A stretch of 64,000 bases of DNA from Spirochaetia bacterium (GTDB taxonomy: Bacteria > Spirochaetota > Spirochaetia > UBA9216), in NCBI GenBank assembly GCA_963675665.1, contig OY776510.1, forward strand, positions 2,624,001-2,688,000, in the 5' to 3' direction. Every line of letters begins with the position of its first letter. Positions within the stretch are counted from its first letter, which is position 1. Positions 45,387 to 56,449 of this stretch are shown one piece after another. A program made the position numbers and the translations under genes. Below the pieces are notes generated by a model. It saw only the letters and a list, made by a program, of their open reading frames with translations. It did no database searches and was not told the DNA's origin.

Positions 45387-47093
45387 ATGACTATTTGGAA
45401 TATATTTACGTTAATAGGTGGATTAACCGTTTTTCTTTACGGCATGATGGAGATGAATAAACATCTTACCGCTATTGCCGGAGCCAGGATGAAGGGTATT
45501 ATGCTGGCATTGACAAAAAAAAGATTCCGGGGGTATCTTACAGGGCTCGGGCTTACAATGGTGAATCAGTCATCTTCTGCCACAACAGTGCTGGAAGCCG
45601 CATTGGTAGGAGCCGGGCTTATGACTTTTCAGCAGAGTCTGGCTGTTACCCTGGGCGCTGAATTGGGATCCACTTTTCTGCCTCAGCTTGTGGCTTTCCC
45701 GTCAATAACCAAATTCTCTTCTTTGATAATTGCTGTCGGTTTTTTTATCATGATGATGGGGATGACTCGCAGTAAGCATATCGGTATGGCAATACTCACC
45801 TTTGGGCTGCTTTTTTTTGGTATGGATATGATGTCTTCATCCCTGGAGCCTTTAAGAACATTTGACCCTTTTATAAATATGATGAAAAATATCGAGACTC
45901 CTGTTTGGGGAATTCTAATGGGGCTTGTTTTTACAATGATAATACAGTCGTCAGGCGCCACCACCGGTATAACGATTGCTATGGCCATGGCAGGTACTAT
46001 ATCTTTGGAGCAGGCAGTTCCGATTAATCTGGGGGCTGCCGTCGGGACATGTATCACCGCAGTTTTAGGCAGCCTTACTCTAAGCTGGGAAGCAAAACGC
46101 TCTGCCTATATTCATGTAGTGTTTCAGCTTATAGGAACCGTCTGGGTTTTCATTTTATTGATGGTTCCTTTCCGCGGAGAGAGGATGTATATCTGGTTTA
46201 TCAGGTGGTTCACATTTACAATTTTCAGAACAGACAGTGTGGCAAGGCAAATTGCCATGGCATTTACTTTTATGCCGGTAATCAACCATATAATTGTTTT
46301 TCCAAACCTTAACCTGGTAGTAAAATTCTTCAACAGGCTCTTTCCGGTAAGAAAGGGGGTAAAACCTTTTGGTCAGGAATATATAAAAGACAGTCTCATT
46401 AAGCAAAGCGTCAGTTTATCTCTGGAAATGGCTAAAAAAGAAATTATCAGGGTGACGGAAATTGTACAGGCTATGATTTCTGAAATGAGAGAAGCCTTCA
46501 GAAGTAGCAGCACTCAAATCCTGGAAAGAATCCACGCTGATGATCATAAGATTGATTTGCTGCATAAAGCGATAATAACTTTCCTGGCCAGATTGTCTCA
46601 GGAAGAATTGAGCGAGAAAGAGTCACATCTTTGCATGAATTATATGTATGTACAGGATGAGTTGGAGTCAATCGGCGATATTATTGACAAGAATATCTCT
46701 GCTCTCGCAAGGAAAAAGATTGAACAGAATTTTAAATTCTCTGAAGATGGATTTCATGAACTCGAACATTTGATCTATAAACTTGATCGTAATTTTAAGG
46801 CGTTGATGAAGGTTATTACAAATGACGATCTGGAAACGGCAAAAAATCTTTTAAAATTACGGAATACGAATGAAGAAGAGAAATATAAGAATTTACATAT
46901 TTTAAGGCTTTATCAAGGGTTACAGGAATCTATTGCAACTTCTTCAGTGCATCTGGATTTGATTACATATTTTACCCGGATCAATGGGCATATAGCCTAT
47001 ATCGCCGAAAAGCTTTTATTCATGAATGAGAAGAATAAGAAAAATAAAAAGAAAAAGAAGAAACAGGAAAAGGCTGACGTCGAAAAATCATAG
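45387..47093 (+). CDS. Na+/Pi cotransporter family with PhoU domains
   Basis: QSSSATT and QSSGATT repeats, LGAA.GT, ELESIGD. Confidence 0.9.
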   Translation: MTIWNIFTLIGGLTVFLYGMMEMNKHLTAIAGARMKGIMLALTKKRFRGYLTGLGLTMVNQSSSATTVLEAALVGAGLMTFQQSLAVTLGAELGSTFLPQLVAFPSITKFSSLIIAVGFFIMMMGMTRSKHIGMAILTFGLLFFGMDMMSSSLEPLRTFDPFINMMKNIETPVWGILMGLVFTMIIQSSGATTGITIAMAMAGTISLEQAVPINLGAAVGTCITAVLGSLTLSWEAKRSAYIHVVFQLIGTVWVFILLMVPFRGERMYIWFIRWFTFTIFRTDSVARQIAMAFTFMPVINHIIVFPNLNLVVKFFNRLFPVRKGVKPFGQEYIKDSLIKQSVSLSLEMAKKEIIRVTEIVQAMISEMREAFRSSSTQILERIHADDHKIDLLHKAIITFLARLSQEELSEKESHLCMNYMYVQDELESIGDIIDKNISALARKKIEQNFKFSEDGFHELEHLIYKLDRNFKALMKVITNDDLETAKNLLKLRNTNEEEKYKNLHILRLYQGLQESIATSSVHLDLITYFTRINGHIAYIAEKLLFMNEKNKKNKKKKKKQEKADVEKS

Positions 47094-47229
47094 AGATTGT
47101 TTTAGCGGTGGTATCGGTCAAGCAGGAGTTCAGGGATTAGAATATTGACTCTGATCCTGCCGGGACGGCGGCAATATTCTCAATCGGTTTTCATTTGCCT
47201 AATCAAAACAATTTAACTACTATTAATGG

Positions 47230-48679
47230 TATGAAACGACGGTATATTTTTGTGGTATTGCTATCATTTCTTTTTTTGACATTTGCAACCCTGCAAATCT
47301 CAGCACAGAATACGGGTGATGAACCAAGGCTTGAAGCAGACCCGCAGGCATATGTATTTTCGGATGATCTCGATACATCGGACTGGCGTTCCCTTTTCAG
47401 TCTTGCATGGTGGGCTTCAGGAGCTGAAGAGTGGGAAGATGCCGCCGATGAATTTGCTCCTGCTGTGATGAAGCTTACGGCTACTGTTGTTGAAATGGAC
47501 GAAAGGCAGAAAGCGGAATTTGTACTTGAGTATATGCATAAAAGCTTTCTTGGATCGTACAGGCTGAAGCAGACCCGTATTGATACGCTTCTTGAGACGG
47601 GAGGCTATAACTGTGTGTCCTCAGCCGTACTGTATTCAATTCTGGCTACTGCGGTTGGGCTGGATGTTTCAGGCGTTAATACATCAGACCATGCTTTCAG
47701 TTCAGTGCGTATCGATGATAAGCAGATAGATGTGGAAACTACTAACATATATGGTTTTGATCCCGGAACAAGAACTGATTTTCAGGATAATTTCGGCAAA
47801 ACTACAGGATTTTCCTATGTGCCGCCGGGTAATTACAGAGATCGTAATCAGATTGATATTATGAAACTTTTTTCACTGATTATTCAGAACCGTATAGCCG
47901 ACGCCGAATCCGCAGGCCGGTATTCGGAAGCTGTAGGTCTTGCTGTCGACAGATGGGTCCTGCTCGGCGGCGGCCGGGGGCAGGAGTTTGAAGATCTGGT
48001 TACAAGGATGCTTAACTACGGGACCCTCCTGTCGAGGGCCGGCAGGGAAGCGGATGCTCTTGACTGGGCAAAGCTGGCTGTTCAGGTATATGGTACGCAT
48101 CCCAAATGGGATGAATTTATTGACGGCGTTGCCAATAACCTGCTTGTAAAACTTGTACGAAGCGGACGGCTCGATGAAGCACGTTCCCGTCTGGACATGC
48201 TGAGGCCCCGTTTGACCGACAAGGCTGTCGCCGCATTAAATTTTATGGTCTCGGATTCGGAACTTATAGCCGCCCTGGATGATGTAAAGTCTGGCGGGTC
48301 AGAGCCGGATTTTCTGAGAGTAATCGGTAGAATCAAGGAGGAAGGAGTTGTCCCGGAAGATCGTATCAGGGAAGTTGAAGTAAACTGGCGTCTATACAGG
48401 CTTGACCTGATTGCAAAAACTGAAGGATGGGCGGCTGCATATGAGGCAGCAGAAGATGCCATCATGGAGACGGGACCCGATCCGTACCTGGAAAGAGCGC
48501 GCAGAACCTATCTGTCCAATCAGAAAGCTGAACTGTACAATACTGCGGCAGATAAATTCAATCGTCGACAGTATGAAGAAGTGATAATACTTATGCAGAA
48601 TGCAATTAAAGAATTTCCGGATGAAGAAATATTCCGATCCCTTTTATCAAATACAGAGCGAATACTGGCCGGAAACTGA
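47230..48679 (+). CDS. Exported transglutaminase-like/helical-repeat protein
   Basis: Signal peptide; GYNCVSSAVLY...DHAFS...DVETT; TPR-like C-terminus. Confidence 0.65.
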
Positions 48680-48701
48680 TTTATTGCCGTAAATTATAAA
48701 C

Positions 48702-50216
48702 TTAAACATTCCCGAAAGAATGATTCAATATGTCTTTACAGGAAAAATCCTCTGAATCAAGTTCCTTGATAATTTTCCCTTTGTAAAGAACCAAAATACG
48801 ATCACACATTCCGACAAGCTCAGAGATGTCGGAAGATATTAATAAAATAGCGGAATCGGAGTGTGCGATTTTATTCATAAGGTTATAAATTTCAACCTTG
48901 GAGGGTATATCCAGGCTTTGGGTCGGATCGTCCATCAGGTATATTTTACTGTTCATAAGCGCCCATCGGCAGAGATTGGATTTTTGGATGGTCCCGATGC
49001 TCTGTTTGCTTATTTTTTTTTCAGGATTCTTTACGTTCATGCGGAAGTAATGCATAGACTCCCTGGCTTCAATATTTATTTTATTATTGTCCAGAAAACC
49101 GTATTTAAGAAAACGCCTGTAAGACATCAGCATAATATTTTCTATCAAACTCAGGCTGGGAAAAATCCCCTTAAGGGTTTCATCTCCAAGATAGGCGATG
49201 TCGTTCTGTATTGCCTGTACAGGACGCTGAATTTTTACAGGCTCATCATTGATATAGACTGCACCGTCTTTAACCGTTTCAAGACCGAAGAGCATTTTTG
49301 CTATAGTAGATTTTCCTGCACCCTGTAACCCTGCAATTCCAAGTATCTCTCCGCTTTTAAGTGAGAAGTTGATATTTTTAACCGCATTATTTGTACTGCT
49401 CAGGTTTGATACCTCAAGCAAAGTTTTCCCTTTCTTTGCTTTTGTTTTAGGGTAGCGGTTAAGGTAATCTTCACCCGCCATTGAGCGAAGAAAAAAATCA
49501 TTTGAATCCAGTTCAGAATATTCTTTATTTACGACGACAGTGCCGTTGTTCATTATTATCACCTGATCTGCTATTCTGGTAACTTCCTGGATTATATGGG
49601 TTATATAGATAATGCAGGCGCCGGTTTTCTTTGCGGCGAAAATGGCGTTTATTATATTTTCCGTTTCTGTAATTCCCAGGGGGGCTGTGGGCTCGTCCAA
49701 TATGATTACGTTCGGAGCACCGTAGAAGGATTTTGCAATTTCTATCAGTTTGCATTCAGGAAGGCTTAGATCTCTGATATAGGACTTTTCACTGATATCT
49801 ATTCCCAGCCTGTCCATTACAAGTCGGGCTTTATCATAATTGGATTTGTCATTTAAAAACCCGGAATAATTATATGTTTCCTCGTTATTTATCAGGATAT
49901 TGTCAGTGACGGTAAGGTTATCAAAAAGATAGTTCTCCTGGCAGGCGATACGAATGCCCGATTTTGATGCCTGTAACGGAGAAGTCTTGTTTATGCATGA
50001 ATTATCGATGAATAAATTTCCGGAATCAGCAGGTGTAATGCCTGCAATCAATTTTGCCAAAGTAGATTTCCCTGCGCCGTTTTCCCCAAGGATACAGTAA
50101 ATCCGGCCGGGTTTAAATTCAATGTTTATATTGTTTAATACAGGGTAATTTCCGTAATATTTAAAAATATTCTGAAGGCGGACAGCTGTGTCTGACGGCA
50201 ATTTTCTCTCCTTCAA
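48702..50216 (-). CDS. Divergent RbsA-like sugar ABC ATPase (two NBDs)
   Basis: GENGAGKST and ILDEPT in NBD1; second half has GLQGAGKST, QSIGTIQK and MDDPT. Confidence 0.85.
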   Translation of the reverse strand: MKERKLPSDTAVRLQNIFKYYGNYPVLNNINIEFKPGRIYCILGENGAGKSTLAKLIAGITPADSGNLFIDNSCINKTSPLQASKSGIRIACQENYLFDNLTVTDNILINNEETYNYSGFLNDKSNYDKARLVMDRLGIDISEKSYIRDLSLPECKLIEIAKSFYGAPNVIILDEPTAPLGITETENIINAIFAAKKTGACIIYITHIIQEVTRIADQVIIMNNGTVVVNKEYSELDSNDFFLRSMAGEDYLNRYPKTKAKKGKTLLEVSNLSSTNNAVKNINFSLKSGEILGIAGLQGAGKSTIAKMLFGLETVKDGAVYINDEPVKIQRPVQAIQNDIAYLGDETLKGIFPSLSLIENIMLMSYRRFLKYGFLDNNKINIEARESMHYFRMNVKNPEKKISKQSIGTIQKSNLCRWALMNSKIYLMDDPTQSLDIPSKVEIYNLMNKIAHSDSAILLISSDISELVGMCDRILVLYKGKIIKELDSEDFSCKDILNHSFGNV

Positions 50217-50983
50217 ATATCAAAAGTGGTTAACAGTTTTATGTTTTTTTCAAAAAATGCGGTTTTATAACTGTCAATGTCACAGCGGTTTGTTACAACG
50301 CATGATATGCGTTCGAGAGGTGCTGCCTGGTACATCCCTATCCGATCAAATTTTTCATTATCAGCCAGAATGATAATTGTTTTTGAGATCCTGAATATGG
50401 AATTTAATAAATTTGCTTTATTAAGCGTGTCGCAGGTCAGTCCCGCTTTAAGGTCTATCCCGTCTACACTTATAAATGCCTTGTTGACGAAAATTTTATT
50501 CAAAGATTCCATCGAAGATGCATCCGAGGTGTAGGGTGTTCCATTAGTCTCCTTCAGTTCCCCGCCGAGCAGATAGGTCCTTTTTATTGAACTCATAAGT
50601 TCATTTGAAACGGCAACATTATTTGTAACTACGGAAATGTCTTTCAACCGTCTTAAATTCTGTGAAAAAATATAGCAGGTAGAGCCGGGGCCTATAAAAA
50701 TACTGTCGTCCTCTTCCACCAGGGTTAACGCAAGTTCCGCCAGTTTTGATTTTGCAGTATGGTTGGAAATACTTATTCGATTCGTGGTTTCCTGGTTATT
50801 GTTCTCACACAGAACAGCCCCGCCGTGAATTTTCATCAGAAATTTTTCTTTTTCAAGTTTGTCGAGATCTTTTCTTACAGTAACATCGCTGACGTTTAGA
50901 ATTGAGGTTAATGTTGAAATATCAACTGTCTTATTTTTTATTAAAAAATCTTTAATTATTTCGATGCGTTGCGCCGCAAACAT
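50213..50983 (-). CDS. DeoR/GlpR transcriptional regulator
   Basis: VSDVTVRKDL..LE....KIHGGA. Confidence 0.92.
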   Translation of the reverse strand: MFAAQRIEIIKDFLIKNKTVDISTLTSILNVSDVTVRKDLDKLEKEKFLMKIHGGAVLCENNNQETTNRISISNHTAKSKLAELALTLVEEDDSIFIGPGSTCYIFSQNLRRLKDISVVTNNVAVSNELMSSIKRTYLLGGELKETNGTPYTSDASSMESLNKIFVNKAFISVDGIDLKAGLTCDTLNKANLLNSIFRISKTIIILADNEKFDRIGMYQAAPLERISCVVTNRCDIDSYKTAFFEKNIKLLTTFDI

Positions 50984-51184
50984 TTGTATTTCTCTCCTGT
51001 CGAAATCAGCTGATTATATCATGCTTTTTAAAAAAAACAAAATATTTAAAAAAATAACAAATAAAATTTGACAATATTATTTTTAATGTTATACTAAATC
51101 CAACAAAAACGAAAAAAAAATAAAAATATCAAAGTTTATATAAGATTACGTAAACAAACGGAGAAAAACTGTAAAAGAGGGTAT

Positions 51185-52720
51185 ATGACAGATAAATATA
51201 TAATAGGGCTTGATTCAGGAACCTCCAGCATAAAAGCGGTTTTGTTTGATCTTGGGGGAAATGAAATCTGCAAGGAAAACCAGACTCTGAATGCAATACA
51301 GCCGGTTGAAAGCTGGTATGAAGAAGATTTTAATGAAATCTGGGATAAGGCAAAAAAATGTATCCGGAAGATTACGGCAAATTTTAAAAGTGAAGATATA
51401 ATCGGTATTGGAATTACGGCGCAGGGCGACGGGTTGTGGATGCTGGATTCGGAAGGGCTGGCGGTCAGAAACGGATGCTGCTTCTGCGACGGTCGTTCAT
51501 ACAGACAGCTTGAAAAATTAAATAATGACGGAATTACTGATGAGATTTTCAGGCTGACTGGAAGCACGATCTTTACCGGTAATCAAGGCTGTATTTTGAA
51601 ATGGATGGTTGAGAATGAGCCGGAAAGTCTTGATAAGGCCGAATATATTATGCATTTGAAAGATGCTTTGTTTTATAAATTGACCGGGGTTGTTTCAACC
51701 GATTCTACAGATCAGTCTCTTACCATAATTGATATGGAAAAAAGGGATTATAACGATCGGCTGTTTGAATTGTATGAACTGGAAAAATATAAAGATAAAT
51801 ATCCTGAAATAAAGAAAATTATTGAGAATAAATCCTGCATAAATCCGGCTGTCGCTGAAGAACTGGGACTGTCTCAAAAAACAGTTGTTACGTCCGGGCC
51901 GATGGATGTTGTTGCGTGTGCGGTAGGCGCAGGAGTTATAGGCAAGGGGCACGGGTGTTCAATTATCGGTTCAGCTGCACTTCATGAAATGGTGATTGAA
52001 AAACCATGTAATGATGATGCTTTTGCCGGCATGACTGTGACCCATGTTACTGATGATAAATGGTTAAGGTTAATGGCGTCTCTTGCGGCCACTCCCAATC
52101 TGGAATGGGTACTGAAAACTTTCGGTTCCGACGTCAGGAATGAAGCTGAAAGACAAAACAGAAACCTTTACGAATATGTTGAAGAAATGATAGCCGATGT
52201 TCCTGTCGGGGCAAACGGCGTTATCTATCATCCGTATATCCTTGCCGGGGGAGAAAGGGCCCCGTTTATTAACTCCAATGCAAAGGCAAGTTTTACCGGT
52301 ATAGGCATGAGCACTGTTTTGCCGGATATCATTCGTGCGTGCTATGAAGGGGTGGCATATGCAATGCTGGACTGTTACAGCCGTTTGTCGGAGGAAGTAA
52401 CCAGAATTACCGTTTGCGGAGGCGGGGCCTTAAGCAGTTTCTGGTGCCAGATGTTTGCCGATGCAGTAGGCATAAAGATAATCACTGTTAACGGCGAAGA
52501 GCTGGGGGCCAGAGGCGCGGCTCTCACAAATGCGGTGTCCCAGGGGTTGTTCCAGGATTTTAACGATGCAATTGCTAAAGTCGTTAAAACAGAAAACGAA
52601 TATATTCCTGATCCGGATAATCACATGAAATATTTAAGTTTTTATAAACTGTATAAAGAAACGTATGAAGCTCTGACCGGCAGTTGGAAGCTGCGTCATG
52701 AACTTCTGTTTTCAGAATAA
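51185..52720 (+). CDS. FGGY carbohydrate kinase (erythritol/L-xylulose kinase-like)
   Basis: IGLDSGTSSIKA, TAQGDG, GERAPF, EGVAY and CGGGA motifs. Confidence 0.9.
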   Translation: MTDKYIIGLDSGTSSIKAVLFDLGGNEICKENQTLNAIQPVESWYEEDFNEIWDKAKKCIRKITANFKSEDIIGIGITAQGDGLWMLDSEGLAVRNGCCFCDGRSYRQLEKLNNDGITDEIFRLTGSTIFTGNQGCILKWMVENEPESLDKAEYIMHLKDALFYKLTGVVSTDSTDQSLTIIDMEKRDYNDRLFELYELEKYKDKYPEIKKIIENKSCINPAVAEELGLSQKTVVTSGPMDVVACAVGAGVIGKGHGCSIIGSAALHEMVIEKPCNDDAFAGMTVTHVTDDKWLRLMASLAATPNLEWVLKTFGSDVRNEAERQNRNLYEYVEEMIADVPVGANGVIYHPYILAGGERAPFINSNAKASFTGIGMSTVLPDIIRACYEGVAYAMLDCYSRLSEEVTRITVCGGGALSSFWCQMFADAVGIKIITVNGEELGARGAALTNAVSQGLFQDFNDAIAKVVKTENEYIPDPDNHMKYLSFYKLYKETYEALTGSWKLRHELLFSE

Positions 52721-52785
52721 AATCGGAGATTCTTTTTACTAATGTAAACCGGGGTTTATAACCCTAATTATAGGAGGAGGTTCTT

Positions 52786-53802
52786 ATGAAAAGAACTTTA
52801 AATGTTGTTTTGTTTTTAACTATTTGCGCATTACTTGTCAGTGTATTATGCGGATGCTCAGGTAGCAAATCGGAAGCTGCAGAGAGTGCTGCGGTATCGA
52901 ATGGAAGTGTTCAGGTTGCCGAAGGAATGCCTGAAGAGTTGAGGTTTGTTCTTGTCCCGAAGGTTGTTCATCCCTGGTATGATGCAGTTAAAAACGGTGC
53001 CGAAGAAGCAGCAGCTTTTCTGACCAGGACTACCGGAACAAAGGTTGTTATCGATTGGGCTGCTCCGGTTAAAGCTGATGTGGCTTTGCATACAAACACA
53101 ATTGAACAGGCTATTGCTACTAAACCTGACGGGCTGGCTATTGCGGTTCTGGATTCACAGGCGAACACTCCGCAGATCATAGAAGCACAGAAAAGGGGAA
53201 TTGCTACCCTGGTTTTTGATTCGCTTCCGCCCGACGGAACCAATGTTACCGCTATAGGTACGGATTATTACAAAGACGGTTATACACTTGGGAAAAAGCT
53301 TGCTGAAGATATGGGCGGAAAAGGTGATGTAGGATTGCTGCTTGGTTTCCCGACTGCGCCCAATCATAAACAGAGAGTTGACGGTATCAAGGATGCCCTG
53401 GCGGAATATCCCGGAATCAGGATAGTCGGAGAAGCCAACGACAACGACAGTATAGATGAAAGCGTTAAAGCTGCCGGTCAGCTTATTGCCGCCCACCCGT
53501 CAATAACAGGTATGGTCGGTCCCGATGCTGCTGCTCCTATCGGCATAGGCATCGCTATTAAAGAAGCAAACAAGGTTGGAACTATTAAGCTTGTAGGACT
53601 TGCGGATCTCGATGAGATTATTGAAGATGTAAGAAACGGTGTTGCGTCATGTACACTGGTCCATAGAACAAGGCAGATTGGCTGGTGGTTGACAATGTGT
53701 ATGTTCAGTGCGAACACAGGCGGAGATATGCCTTCATTTATTGATGCGGGTACATTTATGGTATACCCCGAAGATGTTGATACTTTTAAAGCTAATTTAT
53801 AA
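52786..53802 (+). CDS. Sugar ABC solute-binding lipoprotein (CUT2)
   Basis: Lipobox LCGC; PKVVHPWY; periplasmic binding fold. Confidence 0.9.
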   Translation: MKRTLNVVLFLTICALLVSVLCGCSGSKSEAAESAAVSNGSVQVAEGMPEELRFVLVPKVVHPWYDAVKNGAEEAAAFLTRTTGTKVVIDWAAPVKADVALHTNTIEQAIATKPDGLAIAVLDSQANTPQIIEAQKRGIATLVFDSLPPDGTNVTAIGTDYYKDGYTLGKKLAEDMGGKGDVGLLLGFPTAPNHKQRVDGIKDALAEYPGIRIVGEANDNDSIDESVKAAGQLIAAHPSITGMVGPDAAAPIGIGIAIKEANKVGTIKLVGLADLDEIIEDVRNGVASCTLVHRTRQIGWWLTMCMFSANTGGDMPSFIDAGTFMVYPEDVDTFKANL

Positions 53803-53822
53803 GACATAGGAAATTAAATGTC

Positions 53823-53853
53823 ATAATGCATGTTCCGAAAGGGCATGCATTAT
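53823..53853 (+). terminator. Intergenic stem-loop after SBP gene
   Basis: ATAATGCATGTTCC-GAAA-GGGCATGCATTAT. Confidence 0.55.
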
Positions 53854-53895
53854 TTCATTATCCCCAAAAAAAATGAAATTATCAAGGAATCCTTA

Positions 53896-55413
53896 ATGAG
53901 AGATGTAGCGCTTTCTGTGAGAGATGTTTATAAATCATTTAGCAATGTTGAAGTTTTGAAGGGGACTAAAATAGATGTGAAAGCCGGGACTGTTCATGCG
54001 CTTGTCGGAGAGAACGGGGCCGGAAAGAGTACCCTGATCAAGATTGTCACCGGAGTTTACACAAAAGACAGCGGCGATGTTTATATTAATAATGAAGAAG
54101 GCTATTTTGATTTAATGAGGGATAAAATTGCCTATGTCCCGCAGGAACTGACGCTTTTCCCGCAATTGACTGTAGCCGAAAATATTTATGTTGACGAAGA
54201 ACCCTTGACAAAGACGAAAAGATTTATAGATTTCTCTAAAATGAATAATATGGCAAGGAAGATCCTGCATGAGCTCAATGTTGAAACAGCTCCCGACACG
54301 GTTCTTTCGGATTTGAGCGTTGCAAATCAGCAGATGGTACAGATAGCACGCGCCATAGCCAAGAAATTCGATGTACTGATTCTTGATGAGCCGACAGCTT
54401 CCATAACTGTGGTTGAAACACAGAAACTTTTTGAAATAGTAAAACAACTGCGCAGGCAGGGTAAAGCCATAGTCCTTATCACCCATAAACTGGATGAGGT
54501 CCAGGAGATATGTGATGATATAACAATCCTCAGGGACGGTATTTCTCTTGGAACCTGGGCTGTTAAGGATATTTCGAGAGACGAAATAGTAAGGCAGATG
54601 GCGGGCGGCAAATTAATAAAATACAAGTCGCCAAACCGGGAAGCAGATCCTGATAACGTAATAATGGAAGTCAAATCGATTTCAGGATACGGTTTTTATA
54701 ATGTTAGTTTTAAATTAAGAAAAGGCGAGATCCTCGGAATGGCCGGACTGGTCGGTTCAGGTCGAACTGAAACCGCTGAAGCGATTTACGGAGGGACAAA
54801 AATACTCAAGGGTGAAGTTTTATTAAACGGTATCGGTCTGAAAAATAAAACGCCGACCCAGGGTGTTAATAACGGAATTATTTATTTTACCGAAGAAAGA
54901 AAAACAAAGGGGATTTTCCCCAATTTAAGCGTTAATGAAAATATTATGATCCCAATAATAAAGAATTATAAAAATGGAATATTTATATCTGAAGAAAAGC
55001 TGGAAAGCAAATCTGCAGAGCTTGCTTCTGAGTATAATGTCAAAGCTGCGTCTTTAAAGGATGAAATGTGTCATTTAAGCGGAGGCAATCAGCAGAAAGC
55101 TTTGTTGGCAAGGGCTGTAGCAATGAAACCGAAAGTTATAATCCTTGATGAACCTACAAGGGGAATAGATGTTAACGCACGTGCGGAAATATATGATAAA
55201 ATCGATGAACTCATTAAAATGGGGATTGGAATTATTGTAATTTCATCGGAAATGGAAGAATTACAGAAGATTACGGACAGAATTCTTGTTTTTCATGGCG
55301 GTACCGTCAGCGCTGAAGTTAAAACGACAGAGGCAAATAATGAAAATCTGTTACGTTACGCCATGGGTTTTAACGATGAACAGGATATTCATAGTATACA
55401 AAATTTAAACTAA
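53896..55413 (+). CDS. Sugar ABC ATPase (RbsA-like)
   Basis: GENGAGKST, LDEPT, LSGGNQQK, LDEPTRGIDV. Confidence 0.93.
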   Translation: MRDVALSVRDVYKSFSNVEVLKGTKIDVKAGTVHALVGENGAGKSTLIKIVTGVYTKDSGDVYINNEEGYFDLMRDKIAYVPQELTLFPQLTVAENIYVDEEPLTKTKRFIDFSKMNNMARKILHELNVETAPDTVLSDLSVANQQMVQIARAIAKKFDVLILDEPTASITVVETQKLFEIVKQLRRQGKAIVLITHKLDEVQEICDDITILRDGISLGTWAVKDISRDEIVRQMAGGKLIKYKSPNREADPDNVIMEVKSISGYGFYNVSFKLRKGEILGMAGLVGSGRTETAEAIYGGTKILKGEVLLNGIGLKNKTPTQGVNNGIIYFTEERKTKGIFPNLSVNENIMIPIIKNYKNGIFISEEKLESKSAELASEYNVKAASLKDEMCHLSGGNQQKALLARAVAMKPKVIILDEPTRGIDVNARAEIYDKIDELIKMGIGIIVISSEMEELQKITDRILVFHGGTVSAEVKTTEANNENLLRYAMGFNDEQDIHSIQNLN

Positions 55414-55418
55414 TTGAG

Positions 55419-56429
55419 GTGTGCAAGATGACCATCAAAAATGAGGGCATGATAGGGCTTTTTAAAAAAATAAGGAATTTCAAGGAAAGCGGAATACTGT
55501 TGGTTTTGTTGGGGATGTATGTTATCGTCAGCCTGTTGTCTCCGCATTTCTGTTCAATTTATAATTTTGCTGTTCTTCTGAAGGCTGTGACATATCTTTG
55601 TTTTATAGCGCTCGCTCAGCATATTGTGTTGTTGCTTGGAGATATTGATTTATCAGTTGGAGCTATTGCTGCTTTCAGCGGTGTTATTACCGGGTTTGCG
55701 ATGGGGCAGTTCGGAATTCCTATTGTTCCTTCAATAATAATAGGTTTGCTTATCGGTACGCTCTGCGGATTAATCAACGGTCTGATTGTAACGATGTTGA
55801 GAGTAAATGCATTGATAGCAACTCTCGGCACCCAGGGGATTTATGTAGGACTGACGCTTGTTATAACAAAGGGGTCCGCCGTAATGGGTTTGCCGAAAGG
55901 ATTTTTCTTTATGGGCCAGAAGGTCTTTCTGGATTTTATCCCCCTTGTATTTCTTATCATGATTGGGGCCCTGATTATTCTTACAGTAATTTTAAGGAAA
56001 ACTCCGTACGGAAGACATATTTTTGCAGTCGGCAGTAATAAAGAGGCCGCCAGAGTTGTCGGACTTCAGGTAAATAAGGTAAAAATCAAGGCATTTATGA
56101 TGTCCGGGTTACTGTGTAGTATGGCAGGTATTCTTATGGTATCAAGACTAACCTCCGCGCAGCCGTCGATCGGCGACGGCTGGCTCATGCCTTCAGTTGC
56201 CGCATGCGTACTGGGAGGAACCCCACTGACCGGAGGAGAAGGCTCAACCCTGGGGGTTTTAATTGGCGTCGGAATACTGAGTATCATAGATAACGCGATT
56301 GTTGTTCTGGGTATTTCACCCTACTGGCAGACATTTGTAAGCGGGTTGGTTGTTGTTATCGCCGTAGCTGTTGATTCGATGAGGCAGAGAAGCTCGTTGA
56401 AGAAAAAAGTACATACTGAAAAGGCATAA
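55419..56429 (+). CDS. Sugar ABC permease (RbsC-like)
   Basis: IDLSVG, GR.IFAVGSN.EAA, VLGGT.L.GG.G. Confidence 0.93.
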   Translation: MCKMTIKNEGMIGLFKKIRNFKESGILLVLLGMYVIVSLLSPHFCSIYNFAVLLKAVTYLCFIALAQHIVLLLGDIDLSVGAIAAFSGVITGFAMGQFGIPIVPSIIIGLLIGTLCGLINGLIVTMLRVNALIATLGTQGIYVGLTLVITKGSAVMGLPKGFFFMGQKVFLDFIPLVFLIMIGALIILTVILRKTPYGRHIFAVGSNKEAARVVGLQVNKVKIKAFMMSGLLCSMAGILMVSRLTSAQPSIGDGWLMPSVAACVLGGTPLTGGEGSTLGVLIGVGILSIIDNAIVVLGISPYWQTFVSGLVVVIAVAVDSMRQRSSLKKKVHTEKA

Positions 56430-56449
56430 TAATAATCGGGGAGAAAAAA

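Noticed and set aside
47027-47075. A-rich tandem-like sequence as a phase-variable repeat
   Set aside because: It encodes an in-frame Lys-rich tail with mixed codons, not a pure repeat tract.
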